Position numbers and translations under genes: made by a program. This document shows positions 36,587-48,630 of a stretch of DNA of 64,000 nt, in pieces (position 1 is the stretch's first letter; each line of letters starts with the position of its first letter). This stretch comes from Macrostomum lignano (taxonomy: Eukaryota): assembly GCA_002269645.1 (NCBI GenBank), contig NIVC01001471.1, positions 219,523 to 283,522 of the forward strand, written 5' to 3'. The notes beneath the pieces are model-generated. The model saw only the letters and a program-made list of their open reading frames with translations, was not told the origin of the DNA and ran no database searches.

Positions 36587-37729
36587 AGCTCGGAGACCTA
36601 TTGCAGATCGGACAGACTCAAGGAAAAGACTTTGAAACACAAAAATGTCACGTGGTCCTATCGGCGCAAACGATTGTGAACCATTTTTCTAAAATCTTAG
36701 TCGCTTGAGCAAGAGTCGGATTTTGCTAATCTCAAACTTTTTAGTCAGCTGGCACTTGTCGCGCAAAGTGTTGAATATTTTATTGTGTGTGGTGAAAGGC
36801 ACAAATACAATCTTCTGTGTGTGGTGGAGACGAGCACTGGCAGGAAAATGGAGTTATTGCATTTTTCTTGTTAGTTTGGGTTTTTCTGAGAACTTTATCC
36901 ATATTATAGGCATAGGCAAAGCGGATTCCATTCGATTAATAATGGATCTGTTTTCACCGGAACCATTTCACTGAATTTTGTTTTAGCTAGTATCAAAACG
37001 GAAGCCGATAAATCGTCTTCTGGCTAAAACTATTACTTTTACACTATTTTCCTTCCTTGACTGATTAGACAGAGTTTTTCACAAAACATTTTCCAGCCAA
37101 CTACTGCTGCTTACACTCATGCGAGACTTCGATGCGAGGCTGTGGCTTAGCTGGGAGCAGCAGACGCAGAGTTCAGGCACCTGTCTTGACTATCGCGAGC
37201 TCGAAGCACATCTTAGTTGCTAGGGGTGTTCTTAACGGACCCTTCCGACGAAAGGCCGTGCACGCGGCCATCTGTGAGCAGTCCCATTATTATTGGCGAT
37301 TATTTCGGCTTAATGAAGATTTTTAAGACGCTACCGATGTAGTTAATGTTAATGATATCCCCTTAAAAACGCAATATGCTGGGCCCAGTTGAGCAAGCAG
37401 TTATTATTCCTTATTTTTGTAACCGTTGCAGAATATTTTAAAAATTTCTCTAGTTAGCAAAAGGCGTAAAACGCCGCTAAAAATCTGTGAAGTTGTGCAC
37501 TTTATAAGTGTCTGGGTTTGAAATCTTCGGCATATCTTCTTATCGTAGCTTCTCCTCAAATGTTCAGAAGTATATGAAATTTTGCCGACTATCGTGATGG
37601 AATCAATGCATGGCAACCATGACACTTTGCCCTTTTCCTTGTTCCAATTTACTTTTCAATGGAACAGCGAGTTCGATCCGTACTTATATTTTTAACCAGA
37701 ACTGTTCTTTAGCAAGTATTGAGAGGGAG

Positions 37730-38440
37730 ACCAGTCTCCCAGCTGACATTTCACAAGTCATTCAGTCATTCAGTTGACCAGTCTCTCAGCTAAGCAGTCT
37801 CCTAGCTGACCAGTCACTCAGCTGACCAGTCACTCAGCTAACCAGTCTCCCAGCTGACCAGCCACTCAGCTAACCAGTCACTCAGCTGACCAGTCACTCA
37901 GCTAACCAGTCTCCCAGCTGACCAGTCACTCAGCTGACCAGCCACTCAGCTAACCAGCCACTCAGCTGACCAGTCACTCAGCTAACCAGTCACTCAGCTA
38001 ACCAGTCTCCCAGCTGACCAGTCACTCAGCTGATCAGCCACTCAGCTAACCAGTCACTCAGCTAACCAGTCACTCAGCTAACCAGTCACTCAGCTAACCA
38101 GTCTCCCAGCTAACCAGTCACTCAACTAACCAGTCACTCAGCTAACCAGTCACTCAGCTAACCAGTCACTCAGCTAACCAGTCACTCAGCTGACCAGTCA
38201 CTCAGCTGACCAGTCATTCAGCTGACCAGTCTCCCAGCTGACCAGTCTCTCAGCTGACCAGTCACTTAACTGACCAATCACTCAGCTGACCAGTCACTCA
38301 ACTGAACAGTCAGTCACTAAGCTGACCAGTCACTCAGTTGACCAGTCACTCAGCTGACCGGACTACATGTATCAGCTGACCAGTCACTCAACTGACCATT
38401 TTCTCAACTGACCGGGCTATCAGCTGACCACTGACCAGAA
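37730..38440 (+). repeat. 16-bp minisatellite (cagct[g/a]accagtcact), ~40 units
   Basis: Direct reading. Confidence 0.95.
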
Positions 38441-38719
38441 CTTGGGAGCTGAGTAGGCAGAGCGTAAGACCAGTCCAGAGTGAGACTTTGGCCTCAATCC
38501 CCGGCCTGACTCACCAGCCCAACCGGAGAGGAGGGGAGGAATTGCACAACACCAGTGAAAAGTCTAGTGAAGTGGGGAACTCCTGTTCTATGCCGTCAGA
38601 GCAGTACTTTACCATCGAGTCCGTCAAGCGGTTTAAAATTTACGCAGAGTTAAAATTTTATGCATTTTCTTGTGAATTTGTTCCACTATATTAGCCTCAG
38701 CGTTGTAGCTGACACCAAA

Positions 38720-39430
38720 CACGATAGCAATCACAAATGCGTAGCACTTGATGATATAATGAGTTCAACGTAATCAGAGCCTTCAAATTTCATCAGCACG
38801 TCGATCACATGCATTTGCATCAGCTCTGACTTCGTTGGTCACTGGTCTTCACCCAGGCGGAGCTTCTGGACCTTCAAAATATGTCACCAGGTGTGACTAT
38901 GGACACCTATTGCGAATGTGACCAACGAAGTCTGAGCTGATGCAGACACATGTGGTCGACGTGCTGATGAAATTTGGAGGCTTGGCAAGGCTGCACTGAG
39001 GCGCAGTGCTGATTGGCGCACAGAGGTGTGCTGAATACACTGGCGTTTACGGGGAAAAATCCGACCTTCTGAAAGAATAGTTGAATATCTCGACGGTCCG
39101 CAGGGCTGGATACTTGATTCCTGTTTTATAAGGTGTTGCAACTAAAAGTTAGTCCGTGTTCAAGAATTTTGTAGGCCTGCGTTGCTCCGTTCTGGCACAG
39201 AAAAACATTTGTCAGCTGGAAGATTCCCAAACTGTTTGGTAAAGTTCGACGTACGGATAAATGGCTTGGAATTCTAACTGTAAACACCCTGAATTCTTTG
39301 TCATGCGCTTTGATTTCAAGCCACGTTGTGCTCCTGAAGAAGAGGGATGCTACACTGAAACAATTGTTTGTATCTTTTAAACCATTACAAGAATCGGTTA
39401 CGCGCATATCCGTATGGTTTACATTCGTTT
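38720..39430 (+). mobile_element. Highly decayed hAT-like transposase relic
   Basis: ALDDIMSST..TSITCICISSDF (like LTTD.WTS..Y..LT.HFI), GWILDSCFIRCCN and LKQLFVSFKPLQESVTRIS, across frames. Confidence 0.45.
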
Positions 39431-40160
39431 GTCTCGAGAGTCTCCAAACGCCATCTGAGGCAGCTTTGATTTCATTTCTGCAATCCAAAACCAAAATTGC
39501 AGCCCAATGAACACTGCACTGCAGTAGGTTAGACTATGAACGGTTTTCTATCTCAACAAATCAGAATTAGCGATAGGGATCACAATAATACGAGCTTAAA
39601 AATTTCCCTAGGCCGAAGTCTATTGGACGATGGGGTCTCCAATGGAATTCAGATTTGAACAAAAAACCGATGCGCTTTCAGAGCTGTGGCGTCTCCTGGA
39701 ATTTTTTGTCGAATCGAACTCTGAAGTGATGTTGACTCAGAGGGCGCTCCTCCTCGCCCTGCTGAGCCTCGCCTGCCTGCGCAGCCTGCAGTCCTGCCAG
39801 CCGCCCTACCAGTCCGTGTCCGGCTTCTGCCTGCTCGTGAACACCACAGCCGCAATCGGCTGGTGCCAGGCAGCTCGTCTGTGCCAGGCCGTCAGAGGCG
39901 AGCTGGTGATGGAGCCGGCCGCCATCCGGGCAGCTGCGCCGTTCACCACGGGCTCGGTGAACCCTGTGGATCGGCGTCACCGACATGTTGGAGGAGCGGC
40001 TCACAGGCAGGTGAGTCAGTTAGCATCGAGTATCAAGTGTTTCTGCACAGAGCAACTTTGATGCCTCTCTTTGCAGACAAAACTCAGAAAAAAATATTCA
40101 TTCCTCATAGCACTGTGGTAAAGTTGCGCGTCTGAGAAAAAGTAGAATTAAGAAGGTGAG

Positions 40161-40228
40161 CGCTATCATTTTTATGCGACATGTTTCGCCTTGCGTCAGG
40201 CATCGTCAGGCTCTTAAAATTAGTAACG
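40161..40228 (-). ncRNA. Minimal type I hammerhead ribozyme (pLTR copy)
   Basis: Reverse complement of the 41454-41521 motif. Confidence 0.75.
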
Positions 40229-40360
40229 ATTTATTTGTTCATTTATATTTAACAATTAAGACTAAGAACGGGTCGATAAAAGTCAGAAATGTATATAAAT
40301 TAACAGTAGATTGTACAGTCTGATGGAGCGCTCACAGAGTTACAATGAGGGGAGAGAGGG

Positions 40361-40403
<43 letters not shown>

Positions 40404-41279
40404 TGAGAGAGAGAGAGAGAGAGAGAGTGAGTGAGATGAGCACAAGTGTACACCTAGAATACTCTAAGGAGGGCACTGGCACCGTGATTGGCAAGTTGCT
40501 TATTTAGGATTGGTTTACGCGATTTTATATACAGGGCTTCAAGCACTTTCAGTCTGTACTCATTTGAGCACGTATGGATGGTGGAAAAGTTTTTATTTAT
40601 TTGGCTGTCACAGCATTCTTTGCATATCATCAGGTGGTCGTGCACGGCCGACATCTTTTGCCTATGTTCTCTACTTCTCACGTACAGGTGTCGGGTAGTT
40701 TCACCTATGTAGGTGATACTCTGGTCGCCAGAGCATTGAAATTGGTAAACGACACCTGCCCGTGGAGCTGGGAACGCGGCATTTCAAATTCTTAACAAAT
40801 CGACCGATTTTCTCGCAACGGAAAGTGACCATGAGCTTCACATTTAAATACTTATTAAACGCTCTGATGAGGTTCTTTTTAAAATGAACAGAAGCAGGCC
40901 CATAGAAAGGAATGGAGATATGGGTGCAATCAATCCTCAGATCTTTCTGTTCTTCCTTATTCTGTCTATTGTTAGGATTCGCGACTTTACCATCAATGAA
41001 TTTCCTAATGTGGTAATCGAGGAACCGTTTCGGGTAGTTGTTTTTGGAAAAATAGGTGCTAATCGAGCAAATTTCTTCGTGGAAACTAGTCCAGGTGCTA
41101 CAGATTTCGAAAGCCCACCGGGCCACCGTCTGTACACTGTACTCAAATGAGTACAGACTAAAAGTGCTTGAAGCCCTGTATATAAAATCGCGTAAACCAA
41201 TCCTAAATAAGCAACTTGCCAATCACGGTGCCAGTGCCCTCCTTAGAGTATTCTAGGTGTACACTTGTGCTCATCTCAC

Positions 41280-41323
<44 letters not shown>

Positions 41324-41453
41324 CTCTCTCCCCTCATTGTAACTCTGTGAGCGCTCCATCAGACTGTACAATCTACTGTTAATTTATATACATTTCTGAC
41401 TTTTATCGACCCGTTCTTAGTCTTAATTGTTAAATATAAACGAACAAATAAAT

Positions 41454-41521
41454 CGTTACTAATTTTAAGAGCCTGACGATGCCTGACGCAAGGCGAAACA
41501 TGTCGCATAAAAATGATAGCG
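41454..41521 (+). ncRNA. Minimal type I hammerhead ribozyme (inverted pLTR copy)
   Basis: CUGACGA (41473-79), stem II GCCU/AGGC, GAAA (41495-98), very short stem III AC-au-GU, GUC site (41502-04); bulged stem I gc/gc, atttt/aaaat, cgtta/tagcg. Confidence 0.75.
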
Positions 41522-42664
41522 CTCACCTTCTTAATTCTACTAATCCTCATAGCATTTCATGCTAACAGATACTACAAGAATTTTTTTATTATAGATAAAA
41601 TATTATAGCTGATCAGATATTCTCATCTTCTAAGGACCGACTGGCGTATGGCCAATGGAAGCGAGTTTGTTGCCCCAGACTCTGACTGGGGATCTGGCAA
41701 GCCAAACAACTCCTGACCGACTTGATCTCAACACACCTGATCGGATTTGTCTGCCAGCCCGTGGCGACGCCGAACAGCGGAACCTTCCGTCGGACCAGCT
41801 TCCTGCAGCTGGGCGACATCACGCCCTACTACTGCTACACGGAGGTGCAGTCGGTGCAGCCCAGGCTGCTCTGCGTTCGCCAGTGCGCTGCCCGCTGGGA
41901 GTGTCGGGCGGCTCTGTTCAACCGGGCCGAGTCTCGCTGCCGCATGCTGGACTTCGCCGACGCGAGCGCGGGCGACGCCATCGAGAAGAGCGGCGCTTGG
42001 GAGAAGTTCGTCAAGGTCTACTGAAGCTCGGAGACCTATTCCAGATCGGGCAGATTCTGAAGAGACTCTGAAACACTAACGCCTCACAAGGCCCTGTCAT
42101 CGCTAACAAGAATAAGCGATTGCCCAAAACCCTAGTCATTTGAGCGAGAGTCGGATTTTCCTAATCCCAAAATGTTCAGCCAGTTAATTATTGTCGCGCG
42201 AAGCCCATGAGTGTTGAATATTTTAGTATAAGTGATGAATACTAAAAACTCGAAAATACAATCTTCGATGACATGGCAGAGACGAGCACTGAAAGATGGA
42301 GTTATTGCATTTCTCCTTCCTTTAGCTTGGGCTTTTTCTAGAATTTTATCCATATCAAAGGCATAGACAAAGCGGATTCCATTTGGCAACAATAGAGCTT
42401 TATTCACCGGAAACTTTCCAATGCATTTTGCTTTTATCAAAACGGAAGCCATTAAATCGTCTTCTGGATAAAGCAAAACTTCAGCATCATTTTCCTTCCT
42501 TGACGTGTTGACAAATTAGAGGAAGAGCTTTTTAGAAAACTTTTTTCCTACCATTAAAGAGGTGGCATCTACTGCTGCTTGCATTCATTTGCACGTTAAG
42601 ATTGACGATTTGAATATTTTTGTGTTGCGCTAATGCCTACGGTTCTATCGCATCTGTCCAGTAC

Positions 42665-42902
42665 TTCAGGTGACAAGCATCTCAGGTGACCAGTATCTCA
42701 GGTGACCAGTATCTCAGGTGACCAGTATCTCAGGTGACCAGTATCTCAGGTGACCAGTATCTCAGGTGACCAGTATCTCAGGTGACCAGTATCTCAGGTG
42801 ACCAGTATCTCAGGTGACCAGTATCTCAGGTGACCAGTATCTCAGGTGACCAGTATCTCAGGTGACCAGTATCTCAGGTGACCAGTATCTCAGGTGACCA
42901 GT
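42665..42902 (+). repeat. 16-bp near-perfect minisatellite (caggtgaccagtatct), ~14 copies
   Basis: Direct reading; 13/16 identical to the cagctgaccagtcact unit. Confidence 0.95.
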
Positions 42903-43544
42903 CTCATGTGAGCAGAACTTACTGAGGAGTCTCTTGTCAAAAAAGTGAACATATATGTAACGATAAATAATTTCCAACTAAAGAATAAACTATAAACCAT
43001 TGCAACCATCTTTTAGGCTTGTAAAAGGACAATTTCGCCTGTTATAAGCCTGTCATAAAGACGGTTTAACTGTCCACAGTCTTCTGCTCAATTCACCTGC
43101 CCGAGAGTGCAGCAATGTCTCATTGTTTACAGTTTGGCCTGAGCGCTGAGTTCGTGTCTCTGCCAGCCAGCCTGTGCGCAGTTCGCTCACTCCAATGAGT
43201 GTCAACACCTGACCCTGCCCACAGTCTCTCCTCTGATGATATGCGATTCATTTCTCTCTCCGTCGAGTCTGCTTCCATTTTACTCAAGGCCATGACAACG
43301 GACAGCGCCCATCTCTATCCTTTCGCAGTCGAATTCTGCCTGTTTCTCTCTAATTCGTCTCAAAACTTTTTTCATTCCTTCGTCTCCTTGCCTAATGGGC
43401 AGAGTACAGCTGTTTTAAACGTGAAATGCCAGCTAAACGGCAACCCTGACGGGTTAAAAGACTGCGAATTGCAAGGCCAGACAAAACAGAAGAAGAAGAA
43501 GCGATCTGTAGTAAAACAGAAATTCAGTATCTACTGCTGAGGAC

Positions 43545-44806
43545 ATGGCAAGCACGATTGTCGATGCAACTACAGCAGCGAATGCGGCCTCTCCTGCGGA
43601 CGCTGTGCCCAAGTCCGTCATCACAATCTCCATCCTCATTGCCGGATTTTTAATCGGAGTCCTGGTCGCCAAGCTGGTGAATTACTGTTACAACCGGGCG
43701 GATGTGCCGGACAATGCCAGCGACATCAGCGAGCACACAAAAGGCCTGCTGAGAATCCAACTGGCCCTGCTGAAGATGGGCAAGTCCAGCGGCTTTGGCG
43801 GCGCCGGCGGCGAAGCTGGCGGCGACCCGGAGGAGGCCAAGAGGCAGCAGCAGGCGACGGTGCTCAGCATGTGGAAGATGAAGGCGATGAACAAAGCGGC
43901 CGCGGCGCAGAAGACTCAAGAGGAGGCGGCCGCGGCCGGTGCTGCCAACGTTCAAGTTGTCGACGAAGCGCCTGACGATAAGAAAGGCGGTGCGTCTGGC
44001 GCCAAAAAAAGCGGCGCCGGTGGAAAAGCAGGCAAGTACTTTCTTTGACTAAAAATTGCAGTCATATTTTACTAAAGAAATCCCGCGTTCATAAACTGCA
44101 ATTTTCAACTCCAGTCTCCGGCACCAAGCCGAAGGCGGTTGCCAAACCGAAGAAGCTCTTTCCCAACTCGCTGTCCGGCGTGGCGCCAACTGAAGCTCCG
44201 GCGCAGTCGGCATCCAAAGACGGGCCAGGAAGTGTCGCGGGAGCGGCTACTACTTCGAAGGCAACGCCACCGGCAGCTGCTGGCTCTGTCAAGGCTGCAA
44301 CAACGACGACAACTAAAGCAGCTCCTGACCATGCAGCGACGCCTGCACCGAAGGCAGCTCCAGCGAGTGCAGCGACGCCTGCACCGAAGGCAGCTCCAGC
44401 GAGTGCAGCGACGCCTGCACCGAAGGCAGCTCCAGCGAGTGCAGCGACGCCTGCACCGAAGGCAGCTCCAGCGAGTGCAGCGACGCCTGCACCGAAGGCA
44501 GCTCCAGCGAGTGCAGCGACGCCTGTACCGAAGGCAGCTCCAGCGAGTGCAGCGACGCCTGCACCGAAGGCATCTCCAGCGAGTGCAGCGACGCCTGCAC
44601 CGAAGGCAGCTCCAGCGAGTGCAGCGACGCCTGCACCGAAGGCAGCTCCAGCGAGTGCAGCGACGCCTGCACCGAGGGCAGCTCCGGCTCCCACATCGAA
44701 GCCCGGTTCAGCCAAGCCAAAGCAGCAGCCGACGAGAAGTCAGGCGCCGACAACTGCAACTGCGGGCGGCAAGTCCAACCCGAGCAGTCCGAAGTCCAAC
44801 GCCTGA
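43545..44806 (+). CDS. Single-pass membrane protein with Ala/Pro/Lys-rich 12-aa repeat (392 aa)
   Basis: join(43545..44031,44115..44806) via an 83-nt phase-1 GC-AG intron (AG|GCAAGT ... ctccAG); TM VITISILIAGFLIGVLVA; (TPAPKAAPASAA) x9 + partial. Confidence 0.7.
44338..44690 (+). repeat. 36-bp coding tandem repeat (~10 copies)
   Basis: acgcctgcaccgaaggcagctccagcgagtgcagcg. Confidence 0.95.
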
Positions 44807-45510
44807 GACTGGATGGCTGGTTTCAAATTGTATGAGCTGGATAATGATTACGATTTGAAAAACGTTTTTGTAAAAGTTTTACTTGTTTGAATAAGTGCCT
44901 ATTGATAATCGTTACTGGCTTCATAAATTAGTCTTCACATTATCTTGTTTTGGAAAAAAGTATTCAATTGAAAAAAACAATTTCTTTTTGTAGTACTGTC
45001 TTTTGACAGTTTTGGAAAAAAACCTTTTTAGCATTTAGAGGAATCTGATTCAGAAGATAAATACTGTAGTAATAAGAATCACCGAAGCTTATACTCGTAG
45101 TCCGTTAAATTTGCGAGTGCCCAATAATTTATTATCTGTTGTACTCGAATTTAAAACCTGTTTTATCATGCATACCTAATAAAGGGTGATATATCATATG
45201 ATACTCTGCGTAATCAAGTAACTCTGCAAAATTACAAATAAGCACTTTTTCTGTCTAAGCTATGTGTCTATTGATTTTCCAGAGAAATACTCTGAGCAGT
45301 GCTTAATTGGATTTTAAACTGCGAAAAGTGCTTACGAAGCGATTAATGTAGACTGTGTCGGGTAAAATTTGGTTATGTCTATGGCCAAAGTCGCAGAGGC
45401 TAAAGGGTAGAAGGAGGCGGGCTTAACGAGAGACCATTAGCACCAGCGGAGCGAGGGAACGAGTCCAAGGTCCATAAATTTCAACCGCGCACAACCGCTT
45501 AGTTCAAGCA

Positions 45511-47977
45511 ATGGGCAAGAAGACCAGCCTGCGGGACGACATCCGCCAGGAATGGCGCACAGTGGCCGAGAACCTGCGCGGTAAACGAGTGGAAATGTAC
45601 GACCGGACCAAGACCATGCTCAACGATGTCCTTATCTACAGGGACATGCCGCGGCCAGACCAGCTGCTGCCGCCAATGGTGGAGGAGTTTATGGAGAACG
45701 GGCTGGCCATGGAGCCAACAGAGACCCGGCCGTCCATTGAGGTGCCGGAGCACTTTTACAACTTCAGCTCGCCGGAGACCAACTTCATGCTGTCGCTTCT
45801 GCTTGATGCCAACGACAGCAGGCTGCGCCGACTGCTGAATCAGGTGCACACCAGGGCGCTATTCAAGGAGGACAGGTACTATCAGATTGTCGACGACCCC
45901 ACTTTGTACATCCGGGGCACCGGCTGCGTTGACTTCCCGGCCTTTCATAGTGAGTCTTTTAACTTGGACTGATTGATCTGTTTTAGCATTTGGATTGTGT
46001 TTATGTGTTTATATCATTTAAATATTCCTTACCATTCAGACAAGGTCGTCATGTACTTGACCGCCACCGGCATAATGATCTTTTTGAAGTGCACCACCGC
46101 CCTGACCGCCGCGGCCAGTATCTTCGGCAAGGGCGTAAGCCCGCGCACGCCCGCCTCGGAGAAGGCCCGTGAAGCGCGCCAGCCGAAACGCAAAAAGCCT
46201 CAGTCAGAGTTCGCCGCCGTCCGCCAATACGAAGCTAAAAAGAAGGATAAACTCCTGCCGCTGTTCAATGTGTACGCGTTTCAGTACGCCACCTACGTGC
46301 ACTGCACCGAGGGCGACATCCTTCGCTTCCAGCTGGATTACCTGGCTATCAAGCGTCACTATTACGACGCATTTCCGTTCCTATTGCAGATGGATTGGCG
46401 GCCTAACTCACCTTCGATGATCATGTACCGGCGGCGCTATTTCCAGTTCATGACGCCGTTCCTGGACTGGGTGGATTTGATTCGCTACATCATGAAGAAA
46501 AGCCCCACGGTGTCAGCTTCCACCATCTACGAGCGAATGATCAACTCGCACAATGACAACATCACTCTGGGCGACATGAAGTACTTGGGCCAGACCATGC
46601 TCGAGTGCTTCGAAATTCGAAAACTGTCCAAAGCCAACTGCAAGCTAAAGGCCTACTACGGTGTGTACGTTGGCAGAAAGATTCTCAAGGACAAGGAACC
46701 GCAGACGCATGCCGACTATAAGGAAGCCTTCGGTCAAGGCTTGGCCGTTCGGCCTGTCATTCCTCACGCGTGCTCTCCAACTAGGCGATTCCTGGTGCAC
46801 CTGTACTATTACGACAAGGCCAGCATGTCGACCATGGCCCAGGTGGTCTCAGTTGTCGACTTCATGCTGAAGCAGGACTTCTTTAGCATGCACCCGCTGT
46901 GCAAGCTATCAACTATCCACTTGGAGCCAATTATCTTCCAGATTTACGACTTTGTCTGGATGATTCGCAAGGATAACATTGGCAGGAAGCAGTACCTACG
47001 GCATGAGACTTGGGAGTCTATTAGAGCGGTGGGTTCGATTGATTTTTCACAATTAACTTTTTTATTTATTGATGCTTCTTCAATCATTGAATTGAATACA
47101 AAATCTTTGACTTTTAGAACGACGAGGCCTACGCGTGGTACCTGCGCTGGGACGTACTTAACTGCGTCAGTCTTCTATTTGGCATCTGTCAGAACGCGCT
47201 CATCAAGGATTTGAACGAATCTGTGATTGACCGGCTGGTCACACTCATCATCGAGGTGTTGCGCAGCTCGGAGTACCTGGAGTCGGTCATGTCTTACAGT
47301 TTCTTTGACACCTACTTCGGCCTGACTAGTACCGTCAACTGCGTTCCCAACCTGCAGTCCCGTTGTGTGCTGCGCGTTCTAAAGAAGCTGCCGTTGTACC
47401 TCGTGGAGAACTTTACTTCGCCAGCCCTGCTCGGCATGTTCACGCATCGGTTTTGGCGCGGCGCCAGCGATCAACAGAAGCCGCCGCCGCGCACCCTGGA
47501 AGAGATTGGCGAATTTCTTGTACTTCGAAATCGACGAATGTCGATGAAAACGGCCGCCGAAGGAGGCGGCGAAGCCATGTCCGGCACGTCGGCCATGGGA
47601 GCCGGCGGTGCCGTCACTCTGTTCTTCCGCGAATACGAGAGCATGCCGGAGATCACCGCCGAGGACGAGCAGGCCATGGACAACGATCGCAACGACAACA
47701 CGCGCAAGGAAGAGGAGGAGCGAGTCCACGTGGCCGATTACAAACGACAAGAGACGGACTTCCGCTACTCGCAGATATTTACCGATTCGTTCTTCCAAGT
47801 AAGTGCCAGGCCAAACGTTTTAGCGCACGTGTACTTTTATGTCTGTTAAACAATGCAAATTAATCTTTCTTGACTTTGTCACTGCAGGCCACGGGTCGGC
47901 CAAGGATATTTTACGACGAGAACGCCCAGATGAAGATGTGTAAGCAGCGTAGCAAGGAGCTTTTCAAGCCGCAATAA
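45511..47977 (+). CDS. Uncharacterised 732-aa protein, 4 exons
   Basis: join(45511..45949,46040..47028,47118..47798,47888..47977); all introns GT-AG, phase-consistent, 90/89/89 nt; strong GC3 bias; no family recognised. Confidence 0.85.
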
Positions 47978-48630
47978 GAGCTCCAAGCTCGATGCATTTT
48001 CCTGACGATACGAAATGGCGCGAAAAACTTGACTGCATCTCGATTAATTTTTTTTAATTGTCTGCGACATTGAATAAAAGGGAAATAAATTGAAAAAAAT
48101 AGTTATTTCCCAGCGCGGATCTCCTTTTTAGACGAAAAAAGCGCTTTTTGTTTACTATAAAAACGTGAAAATCTGATTACTCCTGTTTCTGGTCTTGCTT
48201 ATCTTGCGATATAAAATGAAACACCTTTTTGTAGCGCGGGATAGCAAAAACTCTGAAAGCATAATGCTCGATTGTGAAGATTTCAATTTAGCAATGCGAT
48301 AATTTGTGCACTTGTGCAAAGTAATGCATACTATTTGACTAATGCAGAGTATCTAAAAAAATTAAAAGCTGTGCAAACGTACCGGCAGTAGTAAGGGTTG
48401 GTTTTTTGCTCAATTTTGTGAGCAAAGTTCAGAGGAACATTAAATGAAAAATAGTACTAGCTCGTAAATAGATATGGGAAGAACTTTTAATAGGAGAGAA
48501 TCTCGGATTTAGCTGTTCAAGGCAAACTCCAAGAAAGCAGAAACATAGCGTTGCTTTTTTAGATACTTATCGTTGAATTTTACGAGAGTAATTTCAGTTC
48601 CGTCTCCGGATGCAGCCAGCAGCTGGCAGC

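Larger units (their letters stand above)
40113..41543 (-). mobile_element. 5'-truncated Penelope-like element (RT thumb + GIY-YIG) with inverted pLTR
   Basis: VYQFQC..YIGETTRHL..RSREH and LKVLEALYIKSRKPILNKQ; inverted arms 40141-40568 / 41142-41541; 11-bp TSD tcctcatagca at 40102-12 and 41544-54. Confidence 0.9.
39729..42024 (+). pseudogene. Lectin copy E: frameshifted pseudogene
   Basis: Exon 1 39729..40010 has a +1 C (aaccctgtgg vs aacctgtgg). Exon 2 41635..42024 is 390 nt vs 430 (40-nt deletion in the variable loop). Penelope-like insertion in the intron. Confidence 0.85.

Noticed and set aside
39960-41720. Compensating frameshifts in lectin E (+1 and -40 = -39 nt, net in frame)
   Set aside because: The shifted frame hits TGA (ctc tga, ~41682) before the deletion restores it, so no full-length product arises with the canonical splice sites.
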